Assembly: GCA_964622225.1 (NCBI GenBank) | Contig: CAZUOG010000001.1 | Location: 4,830 to 68,829 of the forward strand | DNA length: 64,000 nucleotides | Source of the DNA: an uncultured Actinomycetes bacterium | Lineage (GTDB): Bacteria; Actinomycetota; Actinomycetes; Nanopelagicales; Nanopelagicaceae | Direction: 5' to 3' | Notes under the pieces: model-generated | What the model was told of the DNA's origin: nothing | The model's database searches: none | Seen by the model: only the letters and a program-made list of their open reading frames with translations | Shown: piece by piece, positions 41,377-50,901 of the stretch | Layout of the letters: every line of letters begins with the position of its first letter | Numbering within the stretch: position 1 is the first letter of the stretch | Made by a program: the position numbers and the translations under genes

Positions 41377-42372
41377 ATGGCTGAAGCAATTCTGTTAGTT
41401 GGCGGTTTCGGAACTCGCTTACGACCTCTGACTAATCATCGCCCTAAGCCGATGCTTCCAATCGCATCATTGCCTGTAACAGAACATCAGTTGGCAATGG
41501 CACATCGTGCAGGAATTAAAAGAATAGTGCTGGCAACTTCATATCTCTCAGAAGTTTTTATTCCATATTTTGGTGATGGCTCCAAGTGGGGCATGGAGAT
41601 CAAATATGCCGTTGAAAAAGAGCCACTTGGAACAGGTGGAGCCATCCGCAATGCCGCAAAAGAATTAGCAGGGGAACAACAGGTAGTTATTTTTAATGGT
41701 GATGTTTTAAGTTCGCATAATTTAAAAGCGCAAATTGATCTTCACATTAAATCAAACGCAGATGTAACTTTGCATTTAACACCAGTTGAAGATGCTCGCG
41801 CTTATGGTTGCGTTCCCACAGATTCAGAGGGAAGAGTTACGGCATTTCTAGAAAAAATGGAAAACCCGTTAACAAATACAATTAATGCGGGATGCTATGT
41901 ATTTAATAAATCTGTAATTGAATCAATTCCAGAAAATGAAGTCGTTAGCGTGGAACGTCAAACTTTCCCTGATTTAATTTCAGGAAACAAGAAAGTTATG
42001 GGCTTTATTGAAAAGGCATATTGGCTAGATATAGGTACTCCAAATGCTCTTATGAAAGGTTCACGAGATTTAGTAACCGGCATAGCTGATGCAGATGCAT
42101 TAGATAGATATAAGTTCTCTCATCGAGATAAGAATTATGTTTCTTTGAGCGACTCAATATCTGGAGAGTTTATGAATGGCAGTGCCATCGGTGCACATTG
42201 CCAACTTAATGATTGCCATGTTGATGGCTCGATAATCTCTGATGGGGTAGAGGCTGAAAACTGCGCCATCAAGAATTCATTTATCGAAATCGGCGCGAAA
42301 TTATTGCCAGGATCGGTAATTGAGAACTCATTTGTAGATCCGGATGGCGAAATATCGCCTCTTTTCACCTAA
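41377..42372 (+). CDS. NDP-sugar pyrophosphorylase (mannose-1-phosphate guanylyltransferase-like)
   Basis: LVGGFGTRLRPLT N-terminal motif plus a C-terminal beta-helix. Confidence 0.8.
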   Translation: MAEAILLVGGFGTRLRPLTNHRPKPMLPIASLPVTEHQLAMAHRAGIKRIVLATSYLSEVFIPYFGDGSKWGMEIKYAVEKEPLGTGGAIRNAAKELAGEQQVVIFNGDVLSSHNLKAQIDLHIKSNADVTLHLTPVEDARAYGCVPTDSEGRVTAFLEKMENPLTNTINAGCYVFNKSVIESIPENEVVSVERQTFPDLISGNKKVMGFIEKAYWLDIGTPNALMKGSRDLVTGIADADALDRYKFSHRDKNYVSLSDSISGEFMNGSAIGAHCQLNDCHVDGSIISDGVEAENCAIKNSFIEIGAKLLPGSVIENSFVDPDGEISPLFT

Positions 42373-42420
42373 ATTACCGTCCATTTCGTATAAAAACCCC
42401 ATTTTCTTTTAAAACCCCAC

Positions 42421-42449
42421 TTGACTTATGAGAGTTACACGCGTGTAAT
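42421..42449 (+). promoter_or_regulatory. candidate sigma-70-type promoter of the whiB2-type gene
   Basis: TTGACT (42421-42426), 17-nt spacer, TGTAAT (42444-42449). Confidence 0.4.
42435..42448. promoter_or_regulatory. perfect 14-bp palindrome TTACACGCGTGTAA overlapping the candidate -10
   Basis: Read directly. Reverse complement of TTACACG is CGTGTAA. Confidence 0.6.
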
Positions 42450-42514
42450 TCACCTACTGACTTGCAAGGGGAACTTGTAAGTCCAAGTATCCGAAACGAC
42501 ACAGGAGTCGATAT

Positions 42515-42781
42515 ATGCGTCAAGAAGGTCCAAGCATTCAGCTGGAAACTGGCGAGGTCGTCGAGCTTTCATGGCAAGAGCGCGCACTATGCGCACAGAC
42601 CGATCCAGAGGCCTTCTTCCCCGAAAAAGGCGGTTCAACCCGCGAAGCAAAGCGCGTCTGCACCTCATGCGATGTTCGCTCAGAGTGCCTTGAATATGCG
42701 TTGGCACATGATGAGCGCTTCGGAATCTGGGGTGGCTTATCAGAGCGCGAACGTCGCCGTTTAAAGCGCCGTTCAGCTTAG
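42515..42781 (+). CDS. whiB: WhiB family transcription factor (WhiB2/WhmD-type)
   Basis: Four Cys (C..., CTSC, C), GIWGG turn, basic C-tail RRRLKRR. AGGAG 7 nt upstream. Confidence 0.9.
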   Translation: MRQEGPSIQLETGEVVELSWQERALCAQTDPEAFFPEKGGSTREAKRVCTSCDVRSECLEYALAHDERFGIWGGLSERERRRLKRRSA

Positions 42782-42793
42782 TTTAAAGCCAAC

Positions 42794-42820
42794 TTTCCCT
42801 AATTTCCCTAATTTCCCTAA
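42794..42820. repeat. three perfect tandem copies of TTTCCCTAA
   Basis: Units at 42794-42802, 42803-42811 and 42812-42820, in the 68-nt whiB-GT intergenic spacer. Confidence 0.95.
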
Positions 42821-42849
42821 ATGACCGGATTCATTAAGACTTACACCTG

Positions 42850-45831
42850 ATGTCATCACAGGTAACAGCGATTCTGGTCGTACACGATGGTGCGACTTGG
42901 CTGCCACAGGTAGTGGCAGCGCTCGCATCTCAAACCAGAACTCCTAATCGCACGATTGCGGTGGATACCGGTTCTAAAGATGACTCAATTAAATTATTAA
43001 GCGGCGCGCGCATCAAAAGCATTTCAATTAACCGAGGTGAAGGTTTTGGAACCGCAGTTGCAGAAGCTGTAGCAACTTTGCCGCCAACTGAATCTGAAGA
43101 TGAATGGCTCTGGCTGTTACATGACGATAGTGCGCCAGATCATGAAGCTCTCGAGAAGCTATTAGCGGCAGTCGAAGATCGACCAAATATTGCAATGGTT
43201 GGACCAAAGATTTTGGGATGGCACGATCGCACACATTTATTAGAAGTTGGCATAAGTATTGCTCGAAATGGCGCTCGCTGGACCGGCCTTGAAGAAAAAG
43301 AATATGACCAGGGACAACACGATGGAACTTTTGAAGTTCTTTCAGTAAGCACTGCTGGTGCTCTTATTCGCCGTTCAGTCTTTGAAGAGCTTGGTGGATT
43401 TGATGAAAAATTAGATCTCTTTCGCGACGATGTTGATTTTGGATGGCGAATTCATGCTGCCGGCCAGTCAGTTCTGGTTAATACAGATGCCATTGTTTAT
43501 CACGCCGAAGCTGCAGCATCAGAAAGACGAGAAGTCGACGTTGATGAAGCCTTCCTACATCGACCACTTTTGCTAGATCGAAGAAATGCTGCATACGTAC
43601 TTTTAACTAATTCAACTTGGTGGATGCTTCCATTAATCACTCTTCAAGTTGTTGGCTCGGCTCTTGCTCGCGCAATTGGCTACCTATTCGCAAAATTGCC
43701 GGGATATGCATCAGATGAATTACTTGCGCTATTTAGATTGTTTACTCGACCAGACTTGGTTCGCGCTGGACGAAAATGGCGTAAAGAAGATCGATTAGTT
43801 TCACCAAGAATCGTCACTAAATTCATGCCTTCCAGAACGGTGCAATTTAGAAGTGCACTAGATTCAGTGACAGATAAAATTCAAGCAAAACTATTTCCAG
43901 CGCAGCAGAGCATTAATTCTGAAATTTCAGAAGATGATGATTTATTGGTTCAGAGCAAGACCAGAAATTGGAAGAGCCTTCTAAAGCGCCCAGATCTTGC
44001 CGCATTTATAGGTGTATTTATCTTCTCGATTGTTTTTTCAAAGAGCAGATTCGGTGCAATTGCCGGCGGTGCGCTACCTGAATCTCCAAAAGGTGTTTCA
44101 GAATTATGGAAGCTTTACGCTGAATCCTGGCATCAAGTCGGGTTAGGCAGTTCAAGTGCCACACCAACGTGGGTAGCTTTAATTGCACTTATCGGAACAA
44201 TAACTTTGGGTAATGCGCAGCTATTTGTATCTGTTTTGTTCTTATTTGCTCCAGTAATTTTATTTGGTGCGATATTCATTTGGTTGCGCAAAATAACTAG
44301 CCACATTTGGTTAGCAATTTTCGGAAGCGCGCTCTATGCGATTTCTCCGGTAGCACTTGCAACCATCAATTCAGGTCGTCTCGGAACGCTGATAGTAATG
44401 GTTATGTTGCCGTTAACTTTGCATTTGATGAGCGGAACTTTAGAAATCGAAAAATTATCTTTTCGTAGAATTTTTCAATTAGGTTTATTTCTTTCAATTA
44501 CGGTGGCATTCTCACTTCCGTATTTTGCGGCGCTGGGAATTTTCTATGTTGGGCTCACGATTTTTGATTATCTGCATGTATCAAAGGATGTACTTAAGAC
44601 ACGAATTCAAAATCGCGTATTATTGCTTGCAATTCCATTCTTGCTAAATGCGCCATTTAGCACCGAGGCACTTTTGCATCCAACCAGATTCTTACTTGAA
44701 CCAGGTTTAGCGCTATCAGGCGGCGGACCTAATTTGGCTTTACTTTCAAATCCCGGAGGAATTGGTTCGACACCATGGTGGATGATCGGCCCGTTCAGCG
44801 CGCTGCTGCTCATTTCAATTTTCTCCAGAACTAATGCTCGCTATTTCGCGTTCGTGGGATCAGGTTTTCTAGCGCTTGGAGTTCTGCTGTCAGGCCTTTC
44901 TTTCCCAGCTCGCGGTACATCAATTGGTTATCCACTTTGGACTGGAACATTCTTAGCAATTGCAACAATTGCGGCAGTTACCTCAGGCGCCATTGTCTTA
45001 GATCAATTGCGCAAACATTTGGAGAAATCTGCGGTTAATTACCGTCACGTATTAGCTGCTTTACTTCTTTTTTCTTCAATTATTTATACAGGCGGCGCCT
45101 CATTCTGGAGCTTAGTTACAGATTCGCCACTGCATACGATTTCTAATCGAGTATTACCAGAGTTCCTGGGAGTAACCCCTGGTACCAAAACAGTAGTAAT
45201 CAAAAAAATGGATGATGGTTCGCTTAATTACTTCATCGCAAGAGGTCGCGATATTTATCTTGGAGATCCAGATGTTGCTCCGGCGACTAATCCAGAAGTT
45301 TCTGCTGCCATTCGCGCCACAGTAGACGGAAGCGGAGTGACTGCAGGAAATACTCTTGCAGAGTACGGAATCAAATACTTATTTGTTAAGAATCCAGCAC
45401 CAGAGCCACTGGTGAGAACAATTGATGGATTAGGCGGTTATGTAAGAAATTCTGCAACCAATGATGGCATCACTTGGAGAGTTGTGGGAAATTCAGATCG
45501 ACTCGTTTTCAAGACCGTCGCTGGCAAAGTACAAACTTTAGAATCCAATGACATTAGCGCAAACTTCAAAGTTGATACACCAGGCACACTCAGATTAGCC
45601 GAGAACTTCGATAGCAATTGGAAAGTAATTGGCAATGGAAAGTACGTGGAAAGGAACATCAATTCGAATCTTCTTCCGGAATTTAAAATCGAAACTCCTG
45701 GCGAATATTTATTAATTCACGATGGCACTACTCGAAGAGCTCTTATGTCATTGCAAATCATCTTATTAATCTTCGCCCTAGTTATGGCTGCACCTGCGGG
45801 TCGACGCAAGAGAGATCGAGAGATGCCATGA
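42850..45831 (+). CDS. GT2 glycosyltransferase fused to a large polytopic membrane domain (993 aa)
   Basis: N-terminal GT2 (VDTGSKDDS, LLHDDSAPD), then about 14 hydrophobic segments and a C-terminal soluble region with a final TM. Confidence 0.8.
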   Translation: MSSQVTAILVVHDGATWLPQVVAALASQTRTPNRTIAVDTGSKDDSIKLLSGARIKSISINRGEGFGTAVAEAVATLPPTESEDEWLWLLHDDSAPDHEALEKLLAAVEDRPNIAMVGPKILGWHDRTHLLEVGISIARNGARWTGLEEKEYDQGQHDGTFEVLSVSTAGALIRRSVFEELGGFDEKLDLFRDDVDFGWRIHAAGQSVLVNTDAIVYHAEAAASERREVDVDEAFLHRPLLLDRRNAAYVLLTNSTWWMLPLITLQVVGSALARAIGYLFAKLPGYASDELLALFRLFTRPDLVRAGRKWRKEDRLVSPRIVTKFMPSRTVQFRSALDSVTDKIQAKLFPAQQSINSEISEDDDLLVQSKTRNWKSLLKRPDLAAFIGVFIFSIVFSKSRFGAIAGGALPESPKGVSELWKLYAESWHQVGLGSSSATPTWVALIALIGTITLGNAQLFVSVLFLFAPVILFGAIFIWLRKITSHIWLAIFGSALYAISPVALATINSGRLGTLIVMVMLPLTLHLMSGTLEIEKLSFRRIFQLGLFLSITVAFSLPYFAALGIFYVGLTIFDYLHVSKDVLKTRIQNRVLLLAIPFLLNAPFSTEALLHPTRFLLEPGLALSGGGPNLALLSNPGGIGSTPWWMIGPFSALLLISIFSRTNARYFAFVGSGFLALGVLLSGLSFPARGTSIGYPLWTGTFLAIATIAAVTSGAIVLDQLRKHLEKSAVNYRHVLAALLLFSSIIYTGGASFWSLVTDSPLHTISNRVLPEFLGVTPGTKTVVIKKMDDGSLNYFIARGRDIYLGDPDVAPATNPEVSAAIRATVDGSGVTAGNTLAEYGIKYLFVKNPAPEPLVRTIDGLGGYVRNSATNDGITWRVVGNSDRLVFKTVAGKVQTLESNDISANFKVDTPGTLRLAENFDSNWKVIGNGKYVERNINSNLLPEFKIETPGEYLLIHDGTTRRALMSLQIILLIFALVMAAPAGRRKRDREMP

Positions 45832-47102
45832 AAATAAAAAAATTGGCATATTTAGTCGTGATCTTTATCTTCGCTGCCGGAGCAGGCAATTATTTGCAAT
45901 CTGGCGCGGATTCCCGTAAGTACTCTGAAAATTACCCCGAATTAGTATGTCCAAATATTGGTGGTGCGCAATCACAAATTTCGCTAACTACCAGCAAGCG
46001 CCTAGTTAGATTCTTGCCAGCTAAAGATTTTAAATTTGTGTCATCAAAGACCACTCGTTTATCAACAAACCAGAGTTCGGTAATTGTGGATGGACAAGGC
46101 ACGAGTTCCATGGCCTGGATTTCAAAGTCTGGAAGTTGGGCTGGCGGAGTAAATTGTTTAGCGCCGCAAGCGGATCAGTACTTTGTTGGAGCAACTGGTG
46201 ATGTTTCAAGTAAAGCAAAGTTGGTGGTTATCAACGCAGGTTTGAGCCCATCAATTGTTGATGTCATTACCTACAGTGAAGGCTCATCGCTGAAAAAAAC
46301 AATTACAGTTGGCAGGAATCAAGTTTCAACTTTGAATGTTGTGGATTTAGCGCCTGGTGCTAAGTCAATTGGTATGCATGTTATTCCAAGAACTGGTCGA
46401 GTTACATCTTATTTAGTTGACGAAAGAGGCCGCGGCTTAAAAGTTTTAGGTGGTGATTTAGTAAATTCTCAATCAGGACTTTCTAGAAATCTACTTATCT
46501 CAGGAATACCTCATGCTGAAAAGTCGAAGACGCACGTTTTGCGAATTTTGAATCCTGGTGCTGCTAATAGTTACATTACTGTTGAAGTAGTATCTAAAGA
46601 TGGTAGATATGTACCAGTAGGCCTAGATAATAAGAAAGTGGATGCAGGGAAAGTTGCAGATATTTCATTTGATTTTGTTTCCAAGCAAACAAGCTTGGGT
46701 CTAAAAATTACTTCGGATCAACCCGTTGCAGTAGCTGTTTACAGCCGAATTGGAAATGATTTCACTTGGAGCACCGCGGTAAAACCTGGAATTACTGGTA
46801 CTTGGGCGATTACCGGGTTAGATCCTGAATTGCATTTAGTAGGCACCAATATCAAAGCCAAAGTAGTTTTGTTGATGGCTGGACAAAAGCAGGTTGTAAA
46901 AACAATTACTGGAACAGATTACGCGACTTACAAATTGCCTAAAGGTGCACTGGGAATACGTATTGATGGAATCTCATCAGATACCGCCGCAAGTTTGATT
47001 GTTTACTCTCAGAGCGGAGTGGGATTCTTGCCACTGGTTAACGGTTCACAATTGACCCGAAGCACCGTTCCAACGGCCAACATCGGCGTGTTAAATCCAT
47101 AG
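45828..47102 (+). CDS. membrane-anchored/exported hypothetical protein (possibly DUF5719-like)
   Basis: N-terminal anchor LAYLVVIFIFAAGAG. Beta-rich, Ser/Thr/Val-rich. ATGA overlap with the GT gene. Confidence 0.6.
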   Translation: MKIKKLAYLVVIFIFAAGAGNYLQSGADSRKYSENYPELVCPNIGGAQSQISLTTSKRLVRFLPAKDFKFVSSKTTRLSTNQSSVIVDGQGTSSMAWISKSGSWAGGVNCLAPQADQYFVGATGDVSSKAKLVVINAGLSPSIVDVITYSEGSSLKKTITVGRNQVSTLNVVDLAPGAKSIGMHVIPRTGRVTSYLVDERGRGLKVLGGDLVNSQSGLSRNLLISGIPHAEKSKTHVLRILNPGAANSYITVEVVSKDGRYVPVGLDNKKVDAGKVADISFDFVSKQTSLGLKITSDQPVAVAVYSRIGNDFTWSTAVKPGITGTWAITGLDPELHLVGTNIKAKVVLLMAGQKQVVKTITGTDYATYKLPKGALGIRIDGISSDTAASLIVYSQSGVGFLPLVNGSQLTRSTVPTANIGVLNP

Positions 47103-47132
47103 TCAAAACCAATTTACGACTAGTTTTCTCGT

Positions 47133-47498
47133 ATGAGTACTCGAATTGGTCGCCATTGCTCGCGATCAGGATGCCACCGCAAGGCTGCGATGACTCTTAC
47201 TTATGTATATGCCGAATCCATTGCAGTTCTGGGTCCGCTCGCAACATATTCCGAGCCGCATGCTTATGATCTTTGTGAAATTCATGGCGCGAAATTGACC
47301 GTTCCAAATGGCTGGCAAGTTATTCGCAAAGAAATCAATTCTGGCGATAATGGTCCATCAGATGAAGACTTAATGGCAATTGCCGATGCAGTGCGTGAAG
47401 TAGCAACTCGTGAATTTAAAGATAGCGATACAAATAGCAATGCGGTTCAATCAGCTATTGGAAGGCGAGGGCATCTTCGTTCAGTTCCAAACGCTTAG
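47133..47498 (+). CDS. DUF3499-like small protein
   Basis: CSRSGCHRKA...DLCEIHG pattern. Position upstream of pmm is as recalled for actinobacteria. Confidence 0.7.
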   Translation: MSTRIGRHCSRSGCHRKAAMTLTYVYAESIAVLGPLATYSEPHAYDLCEIHGAKLTVPNGWQVIRKEINSGDNGPSDEDLMAIADAVREVATREFKDSDTNSNAVQSAIGRRGHLRSVPNA

Positions 47499-47516
47499 CT
47501 GTAAAGAGAGCAGAAA

Positions 47517-48869
47517 ATGATTCCCAATATTTTTAAGGCATATGACATTCGTGGCCTAGTTGGATCCGAATTAACAAAACAATTTGCTTTCTCAACAGGT
47601 GTCGCATTTGCCAAATTTCTTGAGGTAGTACGCGAACCAGCCACAGTAGTTATTGGCGAAGATATGCGCCCATCTTCACCTGAATTGGCTGATGCATTTT
47701 CTGCAGGCGTTACTTCTCAAGGCCTTGATGTAATTAGAATAGGTTTGGCATCTACAGATATGCTCTATTTTGCAGCGGGAAAATTAAATCTTCCTGGAGC
47801 AATGTTTACGGCTAGCCATAATCCAGCGGAATATAACGGAATCAAAATGTGCTTAAGCGGCGCAAAGCCAATCGGTAAAGAATCCGGATTGCTCAGTATT
47901 GAGAAATATGTACGTGAAGGTGTTCCAGTAAGTATGCGTCCTGTGGGCAAAGAATCTCAACGTGAAATGCTCAATGAATATGTAAATCATTTGCTGAAAT
48001 TGGTAGATGTTTCATCAATTAGAAAGTTAAACATCGTCGTAGATGCAGGAAACGGAATGGCGGGGCATACCGCACCTGCAGTATTTGCAAAAATAAACGT
48101 TGATGTCATTGAAATGTATTACGAATTAGATGGTACTTTTCCAAATCATGAGGCGAATCCGATTGATGAAGAGAATCTAAAAGATTTAAAGAAAATGGTT
48201 AAGAAAAAAGGCGCTGATATTGGTTTGGCTTTTGATGGGGATGCAGACAGATGTTTCTTGGTCGATGAAAATGGAGCAGCTGTTAATCCTTCTTTATTAA
48301 CCGCACTGATTGCAGACCGCGAATTAAAAAAGAAACCAGGTTCACCGATTATTTATAACTTGATTTCTTCGCGCGCGGTAAAAGAAATTGTGGAAGAAAA
48401 TGGTGGCAAAGCACTACGTTCAAGAGTTGGACATTCATATATCAAAACTATGATGGTTGAATCAGGTGCGATATTCGGCGGTGAACATTCCGGCCACTTC
48501 TACTTTGCAGATTTTTGGCGAGCTGATTCTGGAATGTTGGCTGCGCTTCATGCGATTGCAGCTCTCGGTGAGAGTGGTAAATCGCTTTCAGAATTACTAA
48601 AGCCTTACGCACGATATGTCGCAAGCGGTGAGATCAATTCAAAAGTTTTAGATAGCAAAGAGATCATGGCGCACATTAAAGAGCTATATGGTTCAAAGCC
48701 TGGCGTGACTACCGATGAACTAGACGGTCTCACTGTTGATGGCGATACCTGGTGGTTTAATGTTCGCGCTTCCAATACGGAGCCACTCCTTAGACTTAAC
48801 GTTGAGGCTAAGACGCAAGGGGAGATGTCCGCCTTACGCGATGAGGTACTTGCGGTAATTAGAGGTTAA
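47517..48869 (+). CDS. phosphomannomutase/phosphoglucomutase
   Basis: TASHNPAEYNGIK and FDGDADR motifs. Confidence 0.9.
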   Translation: MIPNIFKAYDIRGLVGSELTKQFAFSTGVAFAKFLEVVREPATVVIGEDMRPSSPELADAFSAGVTSQGLDVIRIGLASTDMLYFAAGKLNLPGAMFTASHNPAEYNGIKMCLSGAKPIGKESGLLSIEKYVREGVPVSMRPVGKESQREMLNEYVNHLLKLVDVSSIRKLNIVVDAGNGMAGHTAPAVFAKINVDVIEMYYELDGTFPNHEANPIDEENLKDLKKMVKKKGADIGLAFDGDADRCFLVDENGAAVNPSLLTALIADRELKKKPGSPIIYNLISSRAVKEIVEENGGKALRSRVGHSYIKTMMVESGAIFGGEHSGHFYFADFWRADSGMLAALHAIAALGESGKSLSELLKPYARYVASGEINSKVLDSKEIMAHIKELYGSKPGVTTDELDGLTVDGDTWWFNVRASNTEPLLRLNVEAKTQGEMSALRDEVLAVIRG

Positions 48870-48937
48870 ACTAGGGCTCTGCGCGAGGCCTCGCCGATTC
48901 ACATATTCAAATTCTCACAGAATTTATAGGAGATTTA

Positions 48938-50215
48938 ATGTCTACGACGACCTCTATTAAGCACGATATTGCTAATCCAGCACTAGCAGCTGAAGGCAAG
49001 AAGCGCATCGAATGGGCAGAACGTAATATGCCTGTACTTGCACAAATTCGTGAACGTTTTGAAAAGACAAAGCCATTTGCTGGAGTTCGAATTGCAGCAT
49101 GTATGCACGTCACAACAGAGACTGCAAACTTAATGCGCGTTCTTAAAGCTGGCGGTGCAGAATTAGCACTATGTGCTTCTAATCCACTTTCAACTCAGGA
49201 TGACACTGCAGCAGCACTAGTTCACGAATACGGCATCAGCGTATTTGCTCGCAATGCTGTTGATCGTGATGGTTACTATGCACACATCAATGCAGCTCTT
49301 GATATCGAACCTCATCAGGTTTTCGATGATGGTTGCGATCTTGTGAACACACTTCACACAACTCGCAAAGAACTTTTGCCAAACATCACTGGTGGTTGCG
49401 AAGAAACCACAACTGGCGTTATTCGTTTAACTCAGATGGCAAAAGATGGTGCGCTTACATTCCCAATGATTGCTGTTAATGACACTGACACCAAGCACAT
49501 GTTCGATAATCGTTACGGAACTGGTCAATCAACTCTAGACGCAGTATTCCGTGCAACCAACTTCTTGCTTGCAGGTCGAGTACTTGTAGTTGCTGGCTTT
49601 GGATATTGCGGCAAGGGTGTAGCAGAGCGCGCACGCGGACTTGGTGCTGATGTGATTGTTACCGAAATCGATCCAACCAAAGCTTTAGATGCGATGATGC
49701 AAGGATTCCGCGTTATGCCAATGACAGAAGCGGCAAAGATTGGCGATGTATTTATTACTGTAACTGGTAACCGCGATGTGCTTCGTGAAGAACATTTCCA
49801 GGTCATGAAGGACGGCGCAATTCTTGCAAATTCAGGTCACTTCGATATTGAAATCGATGTTGCCTGGCTAGAACAGAACAACGTTAAGAAAAATGCCAAA
49901 ATGCGCCATCAAACAGATGAATATGTTCTTAAGAATGGCAATCGCCTATTGCTTCTTGCAGAAGGCCGCCTAGTAAACCTAGGTGCAGCAGAAGGTCACC
50001 CAGCATCTGTTATGGATCTTTCATTCTCAGATCAGGCACTTACAGCTGAATACTTAGTTAAAGAAGCAAAGAATCTAAAACCAGGCGTACATAACGTTCC
50101 TACCGAAATTGACAAAGAGGTAGCACGCTTGAAACTTGCAAGCATGGGTGGTGCAGTTGACGTACTAACACCAGCACAAGAGCTTTACCTAAACTCTTGG
50201 GAACACGGTAGCTAA
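48938..50215 (+). CDS. ahcY: adenosylhomocysteinase (short, insert-less form)
   Basis: [18 protein letters not shown] motif. 425 aa. Confidence 0.93.
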   Translation: MSTTTSIKHDIANPALAAEGKKRIEWAERNMPVLAQIRERFEKTKPFAGVRIAACMHVTTETANLMRVLKAGGAELALCASNPLSTQDDTAAALVHEYGISVFARNAVDRDGYYAHINAALDIEPHQVFDDGCDLVNTLHTTRKELLPNITGGCEETTTGVIRLTQMAKDGALTFPMIAVNDTDTKHMFDNRYGTGQSTLDAVFRATNFLLAGRVLVVAGFGYCGKGVAERARGLGADVIVTEIDPTKALDAMMQGFRVMPMTEAAKIGDVFITVTGNRDVLREEHFQVMKDGAILANSGHFDIEIDVAWLEQNNVKKNAKMRHQTDEYVLKNGNRLLLLAEGRLVNLGAAEGHPASVMDLSFSDQALTAEYLVKEAKNLKPGVHNVPTEIDKEVARLKLASMGGAVDVLTPAQELYLNSWEHGS

Positions 50216-50901
50216 TGACATTAGTGCTTGTCGTCGATGACGATCAAGATCTCGCAGAGATGCTCGGCATTGTTTTAACTGGTGCCGGCATCGATGTTGA
50301 GATGGTTGGTCGCGGCGATGAAGCACTTGCAGCATTCCGTGAAACAAAACCAGATTTAGTTTTGTTAGATGTGATGCTTCCAGGAATAGATGGCGTTGAA
50401 GTTTGTAAACAAATTCGCGAAGAATCTATGGTTCCAATTGTGATGCTTACAGCTCGCGGCGATACACAAGATGTCGTCGCGGGACTGGAAGCAGGCGCGG
50501 ATGATTACATCGTTAAACCTTTTAGACATCCTTCAGAATTAGTAGCCCGTATTCGCACTCGATTACGTCGCTCAACTCTTCCTTCAACAGGTCAAGTCTC
50601 AATTGGTGATTTGAAGATTGACATGGTTGCTCATGAAGTAACACGTGCGGGACAGAAAATTTTGCTTACTCGTTTAGAGTTTGAATTACTTGCAGCGCTA
50701 GCTAAAGAACCGGGCCGAGTATTTACCCGCGAAGCGTTGCTTTCAGAAGTATGGGGATACCATCACTCTACTGACACTCGCTTGGTAAACGTTCACGTAC
50801 AGCGTTTGCGTTCTAAAGTTGAATTAGATCCAGATAATCCGGAAATTGTCCTAACCGTTCGCGGCGTGGGATATCGAGCGGGTTCAACGGCAAATAAGTG
50901 A
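50215..50901 (+). CDS. mtrA: OmpR-family response regulator MtrA
   Basis: Receiver domain (LVLLDVMLPG) plus winged helix (TVRGVGYR). TAATG coupling to ahcY. Confidence 0.88.
   Translation: MTLVLVVDDDQDLAEMLGIVLTGAGIDVEMVGRGDEALAAFRETKPDLVLLDVMLPGIDGVEVCKQIREESMVPIVMLTARGDTQDVVAGLEAGADDYIVKPFRHPSELVARIRTRLRRSTLPSTGQVSIGDLKIDMVAHEVTRAGQKILLTRLEFELLAALAKEPGRVFTREALLSEVWGYHHSTDTRLVNVHVQRLRSKVELDPDNPEIVLTVRGVGYRAGSTANK

Noticed and set aside
42498-42502. GACAC (WhiA-type motif) just upstream of the whiB2-type Shine-Dalgarno
   Set aside because: A 5-mer occurs by chance far too often to be meaningful without enrichment data.
42450-42764. Two ORFs (85 aa on -, 100 aa on +) overlapping the whiB2-type gene
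   Set aside because: They are alternative frames of a gene with clear WhiB motifs. Their Arg/Ser-rich composition is typical of off-frame translation.
42794-42820. CRISPR-like or telomere-like (TTAGGG on the - strand) interpretation of the 9-mer array
   Set aside because: There are only three abutting copies and no spacers, and it sits in a 68-nt intergenic region of a chromosome interior. It is reported as a tandem repeat instead.
48870-48937. Possible SAH riboswitch or terminator upstream of ahcY
   Set aside because: The spacer is only 68 nt. I cannot find the conserved SAH-element helices. The only structure is a short GCGAGG/CCTCGC palindrome with no U-tract.
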